IMG/VR virus record: IMGVR_UViG_3300030108_006260
Span: 1 to 64,000 of that record
DNA length: 64,000 nucleotides
Strand: one strand, 5' to 3'
Positions 19,164 through 28,109 of this stretch are shown here, piece after piece (the stretch's first letter is position 1; each line of letters begins with the position of its first letter). The notes under the pieces were generated by a model. The model saw only the letters and a program-made list of their open reading frames with translations. It searched no databases and was not told where the DNA came from. A program made the translations under genes and the position numbers.

Positions 19164-19325
19164 TTAGTAAAGGTCGATAACAACAACTCCCCTGTTGTCT
19201 TCTGCTTCCTCTTTATTTGGAGGGCGGGGAGCGGAGGGAATCTCTAGTTCTAGATACTTAGGGGAAACCTTTTCCTCTTTTTTCTCTCGCTTACGAATAT
19301 CTTCAATAATATGAATAGGTAGCAT
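19164..19325 (-). CDS. small acidic/Pro-rich protein (53 aa) missed by the ORF track
   Basis: MLPIHIIEDIRKREKKEEKVSPKYLELEIPSAPRPPNKEEAEDNRGVVVIDLY read by hand; preceded by GGAGG SD. Confidence 0.7.
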   Translation of the reverse strand: MLPIHIIEDIRKREKKEEKVSPKYLELEIPSAPRPPNKEEAEDNRGVVVIDLY

Positions 19326-19350
19326 GAGGCACCTCCTTGGTTAAATATAA

Positions 19351-19719
19351 TCAGTCTTCAAAGGAAGACAAGGAAGAAGGTACCTCAACAACAGAGGCCA
19401 TGTAGTCATTGACGTAGGAAGACATAGCATCCCCTTCCACCTTACGCCAAATCCACCTTCCTGCCTTGGATTCAACTCCTTCAGGGAGGTAAGTTTCAGC
19501 ATACCCCTTGTCCTCCAACCAAGCAAGGCAGTGACGAAGCTTCATGCTGCTCAAAGATCGGGCCTTAGCCCACTCTTTGAGGGAGGACCAGTGCCTCTCC
19601 CCCAAGGCGATGAACAGAGCCAAAGGAATACACACAGGACCCCAGTACGGAGAGCCGATCGCAGGGATACTAGAGTCTTCTTCGAACATGTAAAAGGTCC
19701 CTCGTGCACTACATACCAC
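19351..19719 (-). CDS. hypothetical protein
   Basis: ORF on the coding strand. Confidence 0.55.
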   Translation of the reverse strand: MVCSARGTFYMFEEDSSIPAIGSPYWGPVCIPLALFIALGERHWSSLKEWAKARSLSSMKLRHCLAWLEDKGYAETYLPEGVESKAGRWIWRKVEGDAMSSYVNDYMASVVEVPSSLSSFED

Positions 19720-20102
19720 AAACGGTACGCGTAATTCTTACAAATAATGACCTGATGCCCTATAGCACCCAGGTCAAACTAACAAAAAGCGGATGTGTAC
19801 TTCGTATGTCTTGCATGTTTCCTTACCTACGTTTTAAGTGGGAACCCCTTGATGAAGAGGAAAGCGTAGACATGGTGCGAGACGTAAGAAAAGAACTAAA
19901 GAAAAAGGGATATAGATCAAAGGTCAGAAGGAAAGTAGAGTTTGACGGTACTAAAAATCTAAACGTATTTGAGTTCCGTATCCTTCTAAAGGAAGGCGAC
20001 CTTCCTCATAACTTCATTTCTAGCCTTGAAATCCTCAAGAAAGAGGAGAGGATAAGATCGAAATCACCGAAGAAACGTTATCGTCTGTCAGACCAACTTT
20101 AG
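19704..20102 (+). CDS. basic hypothetical protein on the opposite strand (likely start near MPYSTQ)
   Basis: Fills a gap in minus-strand tiling; Lys-rich; AT-rich upstream region. Confidence 0.55.
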   Translation: MHYIPQTVRVILTNNDLMPYSTQVKLTKSGCVLRMSCMFPYLRFKWEPLDEEESVDMVRDVRKELKKKGYRSKVRRKVEFDGTKNLNVFEFRILLKEGDLPHNFISSLEILKKEERIRSKSPKKRYRLSDQL

Positions 20103-20532
20103 GGTCTGTGAGGACAAGACGGTCTGACAGGTGTCCCATGTTGGGGATGTCATCCAAAATACAGAAAGAACTAACTTCTCCGTACCTTTGAGTAGAAAGC
20201 CACGCCTGTATCTCGTCTCCCCTGCACTTTCTGTTTAGGACTTTATCCCCACTTGGAGTCTGTGACAGCAAAGATCCTTCGAAACCTCTGGCACGTAGGA
20301 ACAACTCCACCATGCTCCTAGAGTTTCCTAGCCGCCAAGAAGACGAAAGAACCACTAGGCACTCTGTTTTTTCTACGATGACGTTTAGACGTTTCACCAT
20401 ATCGGTATCAAGCATCGACGTCCAGTCTTTCAGAGCAGACTTCTCTGATGAGGACCTACGCTCCTCGAAAGACTTTCGTAGCGTGTCGTAGTTGTTCAGT
20501 ACGCCGTCGATGTCAAGAAATAGGACCTTCAC
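20035..20532 (-). CDS. HAD-superfamily phosphatase (Swiss-Army-Knife RNA-repair-type HAD)
   Basis: LFLDIDGVLN, VVLSSSWR, RGDEIQAWL, FCILDD. Confidence 0.85.
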   Translation of the reverse strand: MKVLFLDIDGVLNNYDTLRKSFEERRSSSEKSALKDWTSMLDTDMVKRLNVIVEKTECLVVLSSSWRLGNSRSMVELFLRARGFEGSLLSQTPSGDKVLNRKCRGDEIQAWLSTQRYGEVSSFCILDDIPNMGHLSDRLVLTDPKVGLTDDNVSSVISILSSPLS

Positions 20533-20735
20533 TGTTCTTCCTCCAGGATAACTAGAGCCTGCTTAGCCCAGGCAATGACACGAGAGAGGCTCTCTTTGGG
20601 AGAAGGTGAGGGTCCTCCTTTATCGTACACTTCGACGATAACCTTATTGTTTCGTCCTACGGAAAGCTTTCCGTTTGAGATCTTTTTGTCGTGTACTGCC
20701 TTGCGGATTACCTTAAATCCATTTACATGACTCAT
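20529..20735 (-). CDS. small hypothetical protein
   Basis: ORF coupled to the HAD gene. Confidence 0.55.
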   Translation of the reverse strand: MSHVNGFKVIRKAVHDKKISNGKLSVGRNNKVIVEVYDKGGPSPSPKESLSRVIAWAKQALVILEEEQ

Positions 20736-20798
20736 TTCTTAGTCTTTCCTTATGGGCTCTGTGCCCGTAGACAAATAGGAGAGAATCTCTCTCGTTTT

Positions 20799-20816
20799 CT
20801 ACTATGGGAAGGGTTA
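20799..20816 (-). promoter_or_regulatory. phage promoter-like motif copy
   Basis: ctactatgggaagggtta. Confidence 0.7.
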
Positions 20817-21362
20817 CCCCTTGTAGGCCCCGCGTAGCCTAAGAAGTGTTGCCTTGCATGTTCGGGGCATTACGACAAGGACTGTGTCCTCTTTAACAGG
20901 TATGTGAACAACCATACAGCTGTCTGAGGACACTCTGACCATGGCGTCCCCCTTTGTGGCCTGGAGCGCAATGTACATCATTGTGATGTCGTCAGACCAA
21001 CCCGTTGCCAGAGAAATCTCACCCCGTGGGGAATTCAATGCAAAGTTGATGGAATCGCTCCTTAGACCAGACCTAACTTCTCTCTTCCAAGCACGAAGGG
21101 AACCACTCCTACACACTATCCTGTAAGTGTTGTGTACACTGAGGTAATGGTGAAGGTCACTGGGCCTTCCGGGAATGTCCTTATACCAAGGATTGTCCTT
21201 TAGATCGTCGATATCTGTGTTACGTGTGGCCTCTACCTTACGCCTGTGTATCTCTTCTTGCTTCCGGGTAAAAAATATACATGAAGTATTCCAACACTGA
21301 ACCGTAAGGCCCGAGTTGTATACGTCCAGACTTCCACACCCAGGGCAGCTGTTGTCAATCAT
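20814..21362 (-). CDS. hypothetical protein with N-terminal zinc ribbon
   Basis: CPGC...C...C at the N-terminus. Confidence 0.6.
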   Translation of the reverse strand: MIDNSCPGCGSLDVYNSGLTVQCWNTSCIFFTRKQEEIHRRKVEATRNTDIDDLKDNPWYKDIPGRPSDLHHYLSVHNTYRIVCRSGSLRAWKREVRSGLRSDSINFALNSPRGEISLATGWSDDITMMYIALQATKGDAMVRVSSDSCMVVHIPVKEDTVLVVMPRTCKATLLRLRGAYKG

Positions 21363-21386
21363 AGAACGTCCATAAGTAAACTAGAG

Positions 21387-21611
21387 TCATTCTTTTTCAG
21401 AAAAATCTTCAATAGGCTGATAGGGACGAACGGTATCTTTTCTAAAGATGTCCTCTTCCTTACCGTTTTTGTACCCTATAGAGTACACAACAAGAAGCTG
21501 ATCGTAAACCAAGTCAAACTTCTGTGAGTACTCTCCAGGGGGAATCTCTTCGCCTGCTATGAGGTGAAGTAGGTACTGTGCCTTAGCTTTTAGATCTTTG
21601 TCAGGAGTCAT
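21387..21611 (-). CDS. small hypothetical protein
   Basis: ORF with GGAGG SD. Confidence 0.6.
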   Translation of the reverse strand: MTPDKDLKAKAQYLLHLIAGEEIPPGEYSQKFDLVYDQLLVVYSIGYKNGKEEDIFRKDTVRPYQPIEDFSEKE

Positions 21612-21629
21612 TGCCTCCTTACAATAATA

Positions 21630-21857
21630 CTACTTTTCTTGCTTCTTGGCTTCTTTATAAATTCTATTTACGAGGTGACGAGAATAATTCTGGACCATTT
21701 CTGGCCATACATCCTCGGCCAATCGTACGAAGTCCTCGAAATCTAGGCCCTCTTCTAAAGCATAACCAATAGCGTGCACAAGTCCACAGGCTATTTGTTC
21801 CTTATGATCAACAGTTTTTGCTTTTTGTTCCATTTTTCTCGCAAAAGAATCGTTCAC
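21630..21857 (-). CDS. small hypothetical protein
   Basis: ORF on the coding strand. Confidence 0.6.
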   Translation of the reverse strand: MNDSFARKMEQKAKTVDHKEQIACGLVHAIGYALEEGLDFEDFVRLAEDVWPEMVQNYSRHLVNRIYKEAKKQEK

Positions 21858-22132
21858 TAGGTAGATACCCCTAAAACCGAATAGTTATTCCAATAATCCC
21901 CAACGTACTCATCGTCAGGTATGACTCCTGCTATATACCCTTTGTGAATAGAAATGCCAGTTGACAACTCGATCACGTTGTTTTCTTCGAACACGACACG
22001 AGACAAGAAAACACCCTTGACTTCTTGAGAATCCGTTTCTCTAATCTTAAGTACAATGACCTTGTTTAGCAGAGGCCCATCGTAGGTCAAGGGAGGAAGT
22101 GTGTCAGCTGATTTATCTTGTAATTTTTCCAA
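21857..22132 (-). CDS. small hypothetical protein
   Basis: ORF coupled to neighbours. Confidence 0.55.
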   Translation of the reverse strand: MEKLQDKSADTLPPLTYDGPLLNKVIVLKIRETDSQEVKGVFLSRVVFEENNVIELSTGISIHKGYIAGVIPDDEYVGDYWNNYSVLGVST

Positions 22133-22907
22133 GTTGGTTCCACCTTTTTTGAAGAAGAGTGCAGTACATAGAAGGAGAAAGGTTGAGGGACTCTGTCCCG
22201 TACACCTCTTGTGCTTTGATGAAGAGAGTAGGGGTTCTTATGCTCTCAGGTCGGTTGGGGAACATAGCGACTCCCATGTGAAGTACGTAAGAATCCTGTA
22301 CCATCTGTTTTGCTCTTGTCAGCGCCAGATTGAGGTCTTTGAGGTCTAGTGTGATGAGAGGATCCCCCTTTACATGAGCCACGCCTACCAGGCAACTACT
22401 TTCCATAAAGAGCTTGTACTCGGAAATGTAGGAAACTATAGGAGAAATCCAAACCTGACTCGAACCGCTCACGTAGTCTAATCCTACGAGGTCAGAAAAC
22501 GATTCTACCTTTTGACTAGGGAAGTCCTTCGGTTCAAAGGATCGAAGCCACCAAGTACCCGGATCTTGCCCCTTGAACCTTGTCCTCAGCTGCTCCATTG
22601 TCATTAGAGTAGGAGGAATATCCCTGCTACGAAGGAGACAAGGCGGGAAAGTTAGTGGGTCAGGGGGTCTGTACCCCATAGCCTTTATACCCTTCCTCGC
22701 TAAGTGTACTTCTCCGTACACCATGGATTCTTTGTCTATGGGTAGAGAAGACGATGAATCAAAATCATTTGAGTGGAAGGGTATAACATCCAGGCCCTGC
22801 CTAGTAAATTCTCTGGCTACAGTGTAGCAGTCACGCGTAAGCCACTCGCCTTGTGAGTTCTGTTGAACAAAGACTTTCTTCAGCATGCTACTGTGTTTAC
22901 AGGTCAA
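22113..22907 (-). CDS. R2K-type ATP-grasp family protein (divergent)
   Basis: KVFVQQ...DCYTVAREF..QG.DVIPF; SEYKLFM...LVGVAHVKGD. Confidence 0.6.
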   Translation of the reverse strand: MTCKHSSMLKKVFVQQNSQGEWLTRDCYTVAREFTRQGLDVIPFHSNDFDSSSSLPIDKESMVYGEVHLARKGIKAMGYRPPDPLTFPPCLLRSRDIPPTLMTMEQLRTRFKGQDPGTWWLRSFEPKDFPSQKVESFSDLVGLDYVSGSSQVWISPIVSYISEYKLFMESSCLVGVAHVKGDPLITLDLKDLNLALTRAKQMVQDSYVLHMGVAMFPNRPESIRTPTLFIKAQEVYGTESLNLSPSMYCTLLQKRWNQLGKITR

Positions 22908-23385
22908 ACACTTCAGTGGCTGTCATATGGTGGGGACCTATGACCCCTCGGCGTCCTCTTTCTGCAAAAGAGTCCACTCTATCGTTGATATAATGGTCGA
23001 TTCCGATTGCAGGATCTTGATGGCTCTTAACGTGGGCTGTCTGAAGGTGACACCCCACTAACATGTCCTGAATTTTGGTCCTAATCCTGAGCATGACAGG
23101 GTCTCTAGACCTCATGCGAAGGATGCCCTTAGACACATGGCGTAGCGCAGTAACAGAATCGCTGCACACACGAATAGTACGTATGTCAGACCACTTCGAA
23201 TGAGCTAACTTAAGACCGGCGTACACAGCGAACAGCTCAGCATGGTTAGCCTGCTTGACATAGGCAGGGCACCTTCCGTACCGAACATCCCAGGAGGATT
23301 CTCTCTCCCGTTGAATCCAGGCTGCCCACCCTCCTTTCTCAGAAGGAACATCCATAGACCCATCCGTGTACAGTAGAACTTTCAT
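22897..23385 (-). CDS. ribonuclease HI-like protein
   Basis: YTDGS, NHAEL, CSDS, HVKSH, NDRVD catalytic residues. Confidence 0.9.
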   Translation of the reverse strand: MKVLLYTDGSMDVPSEKGGWAAWIQRERESSWDVRYGRCPAYVKQANHAELFAVYAGLKLAHSKWSDIRTIRVCSDSVTALRHVSKGILRMRSRDPVMLRIRTKIQDMLVGCHLQTAHVKSHQDPAIGIDHYINDRVDSFAERGRRGVIGPHHMTATEVFDL

Positions 23386-23389
23386 AGAC

Positions 23390-23779
23390 TCATTGGTGTT
23401 TAGGGGAAGGTAGGGGCCAGTTGAAGAATAGCCTGATAGGCCGGTTCATGGACATAGACACGACGGGAACGTCAGGAACAGGGTCCAGTCTCTTGGGGAC
23501 TTCTTCGAGGCAACGATGGTTACTATAAGTAGGCTTGAAAGACACAGGATCTTCGGCACTAGCGGTATCGTTATGAGAAAAGTGAGAGCATATGATGTAG
23601 AGGGAGGCAACAACAGCAAGGGGCCAGCGCCACTCTGCAACATTCAGGCTCCAACGAAACGACGGTTCGTTTCTAAGCTTCGTAAAGTCGTCAGAGAGCT
23701 TCCTTGTCTGCTCTTCCAATGAGTGTACCTTGTGTGAAATTGGTTGCTCTCTGTACATGTTTGTCTTTCCTTTTTCCAT
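23390..23779 (-). CDS. membrane-anchored hypothetical protein
   Basis: One hydrophobic segment WPLAVVASLYIIC. Confidence 0.55.
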   Translation of the reverse strand: MEKGKTNMYREQPISHKVHSLEEQTRKLSDDFTKLRNEPSFRWSLNVAEWRWPLAVVASLYIICSHFSHNDTASAEDPVSFKPTYSNHRCLEEVPKRLDPVPDVPVVSMSMNRPIRLFFNWPLPSPKHQ

Positions 23780-25132
23780 TTATAGTTCCAAGAATTGGTC
23801 TCCGGTGCACGGATCTACAAGCACTGTAGATAAGAACCTTGACATATCCTCAGGCTCGTTTGATAGCTCTGCGGTAAGGGTTCTTCCATCGCAGTCAAAC
23901 CCTGGAAGGTGTCTTTCCTCACCCATTACAACAAGGACTTCTCCGTGTGTAAGTGAAGCACATGCCTCTTCTTCTGTGACCAATCCCATACCTCTTTCAG
24001 GTAGATAGGATTGTGCTTCCTCATCCGTAAACATAATGATGATGCGAATAGACCCTTCTCTCCAAGAAAGACCTCTTCCTGCTGTAGGAGCACACTGACG
24101 GATAGGATCTGTTGTTGTTTCGACTTCCATACATCTTGTGTGCCTGATCTGGTTGGTTCCTATCTCCCATATAGCGTCTAAGCTGGGTTCCTCGCTGCCA
24201 CCGTCCGGAAGCATAGGACCAAGAAGATAGTCCCTGAAAACAGGGAAAGGTGATAGGTCGAGGTTCACTGCGGGAGCTACGTCCGCCAGGTTGGAGGCAG
24301 CAAAACTAACGATCCCAAATCGCATTGAGGGCAGGTTCAGTTCGGAAGCGAAAGAAAGAGTAGCCTCCGTAACTGCTTCCGCCTCGTCTGTCATGCTTCC
24401 TGACGTATCAATGACATAAAGAATGTCGAACCCTACAAACGGCAAGTTGGAGCATGTACCATCTTCGAGGACGTTACCATCTACACACCCGTCGCAGTCG
24501 TTGTCTACTCCATCGCATGCAAATAGACCTCCTTCTGAACGTGGAGGTATTTCCCCAAGACATTCTGTCCACATACCATCCAAGCACACCTGAACTCCAG
24601 CCCTACAGGGGTTGATTATGTCCAGAGGGGTGTAAGTTACGTTTCCATCATAGCAAAACGCAGAAAGGGGCATCTCTGGAGACGCCCCTTCATCAATCAA
24701 CCCGTCGCAGTCATTATCAGACCCGTCGCACACTTCTGGCAGACACTCGACTACCGTACACCTTGCTGAGATACACCCTTCTCCGTATCCGTGGCACTGA
24801 TCGTCAAACTCACAGTTTATTCCTTCTGGGTCCGCTGGGATGCAACGGCCTCCTCTACATCCTTCTCCTTGAGAACAAGGTTCTCCTTGACCGCACCTGC
24901 ATTCCCCGTCTACGCACTGGTCAGACAGGGAAGGCGGGCAGTGATTTCCGCAAGATCCGCAGTTCCTCATGTCAATGGCAATAGTCTCAGGGTTGCAGAC
25001 GTTCAGGTTTGACATATGAAGACCGCCGTCAGGGATAGAGTGACTTCTCCTCTCAGGGGAGGAGCATGATATCATCAGAAGGACGCCTAAGTGAATGGTA
25101 AAAATCTCTAACTTAGATAGTGCCCTGCCCAT
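23780..25132 (-). CDS. Cys-rich vWA-domain lipoprotein (myxobacterial type)
   Basis: Lipobox LMISC; DMRNCGSCGNHC and two CDG.DNDCDG repeats; MIDAS YVIDTSGSM; FTDEEAQ. Confidence 0.8.
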   Translation of the reverse strand: MGRALSKLEIFTIHLGVLLMISCSSPERRSHSIPDGGLHMSNLNVCNPETIAIDMRNCGSCGNHCPPSLSDQCVDGECRCGQGEPCSQGEGCRGGRCIPADPEGINCEFDDQCHGYGEGCISARCTVVECLPEVCDGSDNDCDGLIDEGASPEMPLSAFCYDGNVTYTPLDIINPCRAGVQVCLDGMWTECLGEIPPRSEGGLFACDGVDNDCDGCVDGNVLEDGTCSNLPFVGFDILYVIDTSGSMTDEAEAVTEATLSFASELNLPSMRFGIVSFAASNLADVAPAVNLDLSPFPVFRDYLLGPMLPDGGSEEPSLDAIWEIGTNQIRHTRCMEVETTTDPIRQCAPTAGRGLSWREGSIRIIIMFTDEEAQSYLPERGMGLVTEEEACASLTHGEVLVVMGEERHLPGFDCDGRTLTAELSNEPEDMSRFLSTVLVDPCTGDQFLEL

Positions 25133-25198
25133 ATGCGTATCCTCACATCCCTGCTTTTATAATAGCAGGTTGTTTGGAAAGGGCAAAAAATATTTACT

Positions 25199-25855
25199 CT
25201 ACGTGTGCCATCCAGGAGGAAAACCTTCGGGACGAGTTCTAAGAACCACACCTTTATTGTCTAGGGCAGCTCGGACAGTAGGGTGGATGTCTAAAGTAAA
25301 CTTGGTTGAACGGTGATTGTTCCAGTGAGACACAGGAGTGATGTCAAGAGAATTAATGAATTCTAGCCTCTCAGAGAAAACATCCGGTATACCTAGTTGG
25401 CTCCGGACACTACTGACAAGAGGACCCTTGGTCTCGTAAATGCGTAAGATTTCATCCCGGAACGCTACGGAAAAAATGGCGCCATCAAGCAACACAAGTC
25501 CCTTCATGTAGAAGTCAGGTTTGATGTATTTGTATGTTGTGGGTTTAGACATCCATTCCCACAAAGAAAGAATCCTACTTCTAGCTTCGTTGTGGGAGAT
25601 AGTTTTAGCAGACATCATACAGTTCCATGACACTACTTCTTCTGCTTTATTAAGAGCAGAGATATAGCTTCGGGCCTCCGCTTGGGTTCTTACCTCCTGT
25701 GATCTTCCAATAATGGAATGAGATCCAAGGGTTACAACTATTTTCCTCTCGTCGCCCGGAGGGTTGCCAGAAACTTCTTCCTCGAATGGGTATGCCTCAT
25801 AAGACAGGACCATAGATCCGTCTGGCCTAACATATTTTTTGTACGTTTCGTTCAT
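25199..25855 (-). CDS. hypothetical protein
   Basis: ORF on the coding strand. Confidence 0.65.
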   Translation of the reverse strand: MNETYKKYVRPDGSMVLSYEAYPFEEEVSGNPPGDERKIVVTLGSHSIIGRSQEVRTQAEARSYISALNKAEEVVSWNCMMSAKTISHNEARSRILSLWEWMSKPTTYKYIKPDFYMKGLVLLDGAIFSVAFRDEILRIYETKGPLVSSVRSQLGIPDVFSERLEFINSLDITPVSHWNNHRSTKFTLDIHPTVRAALDNKGVVLRTRPEGFPPGWHT

Positions 25856-25867
25856 AGTGCCTCTATT

Positions 25868-26293
25868 TCAGGAGGTGTAAGACCGCTGTACCCACCACAC
25901 CATTTCAATAGCATGCTTTACACTAGTATAGTCGTTGACCCTAGATACTGCATGGTGAGCAGCTTCCTCCGCAACCTCGTGAATAGCATTCATCAAGGCA
26001 ATGGCCCATTCCTGAGAGCAGTAGATAGGTATAGACCCGCTAGGTATCGCTATAAATCGAGAAGACAGGTCCTCTTCGTATCCAGGCATCCTTGCTAGGA
26101 TAGAAGGAAGGTACTTACGCTCCATCTCTCCTAAAACGATAAATCCCCACCCGTTTCGATATTCCAAAGGGGTATCGATGGGCGTAGCATTCCCCTCCCT
26201 TTGTACCCTGACGGGTATGGGATGGGTCACTGCTTCATTCATTGAGGGCGTACGATCTGGAGGAACGTGACCATGGTATCCGTAGACTACCAA
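25868..26293 (-). CDS. hypothetical protein
   Basis: ORF on the coding strand. Confidence 0.6.
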   Translation of the reverse strand: MVVYGYHGHVPPDRTPSMNEAVTHPIPVRVQREGNATPIDTPLEYRNGWGFIVLGEMERKYLPSILARMPGYEEDLSSRFIAIPSGSIPIYCSQEWAIALMNAIHEVAEEAAHHAVSRVNDYTSVKHAIEMVWWVQRSYTS

Positions 26294-26712
26294 TGAATCT
26301 CTTTCTGAACACCGAAGCCCAATCCTCCAGGAATAAGCTGAGGATTCTTGTAAGGACTATCTTCTGTGAAACAGAACACGTCCACTCCCGTAAGTCTGGC
26401 TAGATTGTAGAGAGTGATCAGGTTATTACTGAAAGCTAGTTCTATGACTTTTATAACGAAAGGGAACCTAGCAACCTCTCCGTATGTTGTGTCCGAAACA
26501 ATAGAGCTTGGAGAGCTTTCTTCTATCATGACCTCTACGAGGTCTTTTACCTTATCTGCCGAGAAGACGTGTTTCCTGTCCGACGTGAGATAAAGGTGGA
26601 TGCATTTCCATCGTCCGGGCTCACAACAAATCCAGTGACGATCACACTCGCATAGCTCTGTTTCCCCCTTCTTACCCTCAGAAAAAGAGTGAAGGCACAT
26701 GTTACATTTCAT
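26287..26712 (-). CDS. hypothetical protein with Cys-rich N-terminus
   Basis: CNMC...CECD...C. Confidence 0.6.
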   Translation of the reverse strand: MKCNMCLHSFSEGKKGETELCECDRHWICCEPGRWKCIHLYLTSDRKHVFSADKVKDLVEVMIEESSPSSIVSDTTYGEVARFPFVIKVIELAFSNNLITLYNLARLTGVDVFCFTEDSPYKNPQLIPGGLGFGVQKEIHW

Positions 26713-26734
26713 GGTATTCTCCTAAGTTGGACAT

Positions 26735-26935
26735 CTAGTAAAAGGTGTCTCTGGTTTCACGGTACATCTTCAAGTCCGTTACGTTACCCGAATAACATGC
26801 CTCTAGTGCGTCAGTGCTGAGCTTATACCCAGGGCAGTAAGAAAGCATCTCACCTTCTCCCGCATTGCATACCTCGCAGTATACACAGCCTTCCATGTCA
26901 GGAACTGGCTTTATCTTGTGGCGAACAGGTTTCAA
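26735..26935 (-). CDS. small zinc-finger-like protein
   Basis: CVYCEVC...CPG. Confidence 0.6.
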   Translation of the reverse strand: MKPVRHKIKPVPDMEGCVYCEVCNAGEGEMLSYCPGYKLSTDALEACYSGNVTDLKMYRETRDTFY

Positions 26936-27087
26936 CTATTTATTCCTTTTCTTTACTAGGGTGTGATATGTCAGTGTATGAAGTATAGTTATGCACACCT
27001 CTATACTTTTACCTACTGAAATGGTATGGAAAATACGAAAATGAGGCTATAACTACGAAGTAGTCCCGTATAACCTACTATATTGAG

Positions 27088-27627
27088 GTGATATTAATTA
27101 GTATGGATAGAAAAACTCGTGAGCTTTGTTGCGGAACGGACGGGGCTGTCATATGTGGTAATCAACCTACATGGCAGGTGAAGAATGAGACAGGGGGAGA
27201 AACTCGTGTTTGTGATTTACATCTTGCATGGGCAATGAGGAAGTCGGGTCTGCCTGCAATCATAGGGGAACACACGGAGGGAAGCGAAAAACCTCCCGCG
27301 AGAGGAATAACCCGAGACTTATCCACTAGAGAGAGGTCTCTCATGCTACGAATAGCCCCCTCCCTCACCACAAGGCCCAGCGAGGGCTTAGAAGTATACC
27401 AAGCAATATCGTCGCTACCAGAGACAGCCCAGGACGAAATCATAGAGGCGTTTGCAAACGCAGTGACAACATCAGATATTGAACTGGCTATCTCCACACT
27501 AAATCAATCTAGGAATCGGTTGGTACGTGACGTAGGAGGCATCCTGAGGTGGACCTACACGATGCACAGAAGGCAAAGTAGAAGTGCGTATCTACAGAGT
27601 ACAAACACCGAGAGCGCAGACACCTAG
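27088..27627 (+). CDS. hypothetical protein on the opposite strand
   Basis: GAGGTG SD and AT-rich divergent intergenic region at 26936-27087. Confidence 0.7.
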   Translation: MILISMDRKTRELCCGTDGAVICGNQPTWQVKNETGGETRVCDLHLAWAMRKSGLPAIIGEHTEGSEKPPARGITRDLSTRERSLMLRIAPSLTTRPSEGLEVYQAISSLPETAQDEIIEAFANAVTTSDIELAISTLNQSRNRLVRDVGGILRWTYTMHRRQSRSAYLQSTNTESADT

Positions 27628-28059
27628 AGTACAGGGGTGATCGTCACCACAAGCACATCCGAACGAACTGCATCGGTCTGAAGTAGAGGGGTCGCACACC
27701 ATACCGCAGCTGCCACAGTTCTCCATGTCACTGCGAAGGTCCGTACATTCACCACCGCACAAAGAGCCTCCCGCACAAACGGAGGAGTCGGGGTCTGGCC
27801 CTGAGTCAACCGGGACGTCTTCCATTCCGGCATCACCTGCGTCCGCACCCGCGTCCAACTCTGCGTCCATACCAGAGTCGGTACCAGAATCTGGTACGAT
27901 GTCCGTGTCTACACCGGCGTCACCTACATGACTATCAGGCGGAGTCATGTCCATCATACCCGAGTCCATGAACACAACATCATTTTGAACGTCGCGGGGA
28001 CCCAGATCGGACAAATCAAAGGAACAGCCAACAATAAACACTAGAACTAGATTCTTCAT
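27592..28059 (-). CDS. Asp/Gly-rich, Cys-rich lipoprotein (myxobacterial type)
   Basis: Lipobox IVGC; DSG/DAG low-complexity repeats; CTDLRSDMENCGSCGMVC. Confidence 0.75.
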   Translation of the reverse strand: MKNLVLVFIVGCSFDLSDLGPRDVQNDVVFMDSGMMDMTPPDSHVGDAGVDTDIVPDSGTDSGMDAELDAGADAGDAGMEDVPVDSGPDPDSSVCAGGSLCGGECTDLRSDMENCGSCGMVCDPSTSDRCSSFGCACGDDHPCTLGVCALGVCTL

Positions 28060-28091
28060 TTTTCTTTCTCCGAGGATCCTTTCCTCTTCTT

Positions 28092-28109
28092 CTACTATGG
28101 GAAGGGTTA
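28092..28109 (-). promoter_or_regulatory. phage promoter-like motif copy
   Basis: ctactatgggaagggtta. Confidence 0.75.

Noticed and set aside
18342-19247. 301-aa plus-strand ORF
   Set aside because: Antisense shadow of 18405-19145, which has a paralog; no recognisable motifs.
23780-25132. TraA kin-recognition receptor
   Set aside because: It has Cys-rich repeats but a vWA domain and lipobox rather than a recognisable PA14-like domain with MYXO-CTERM, and no TraB neighbour.
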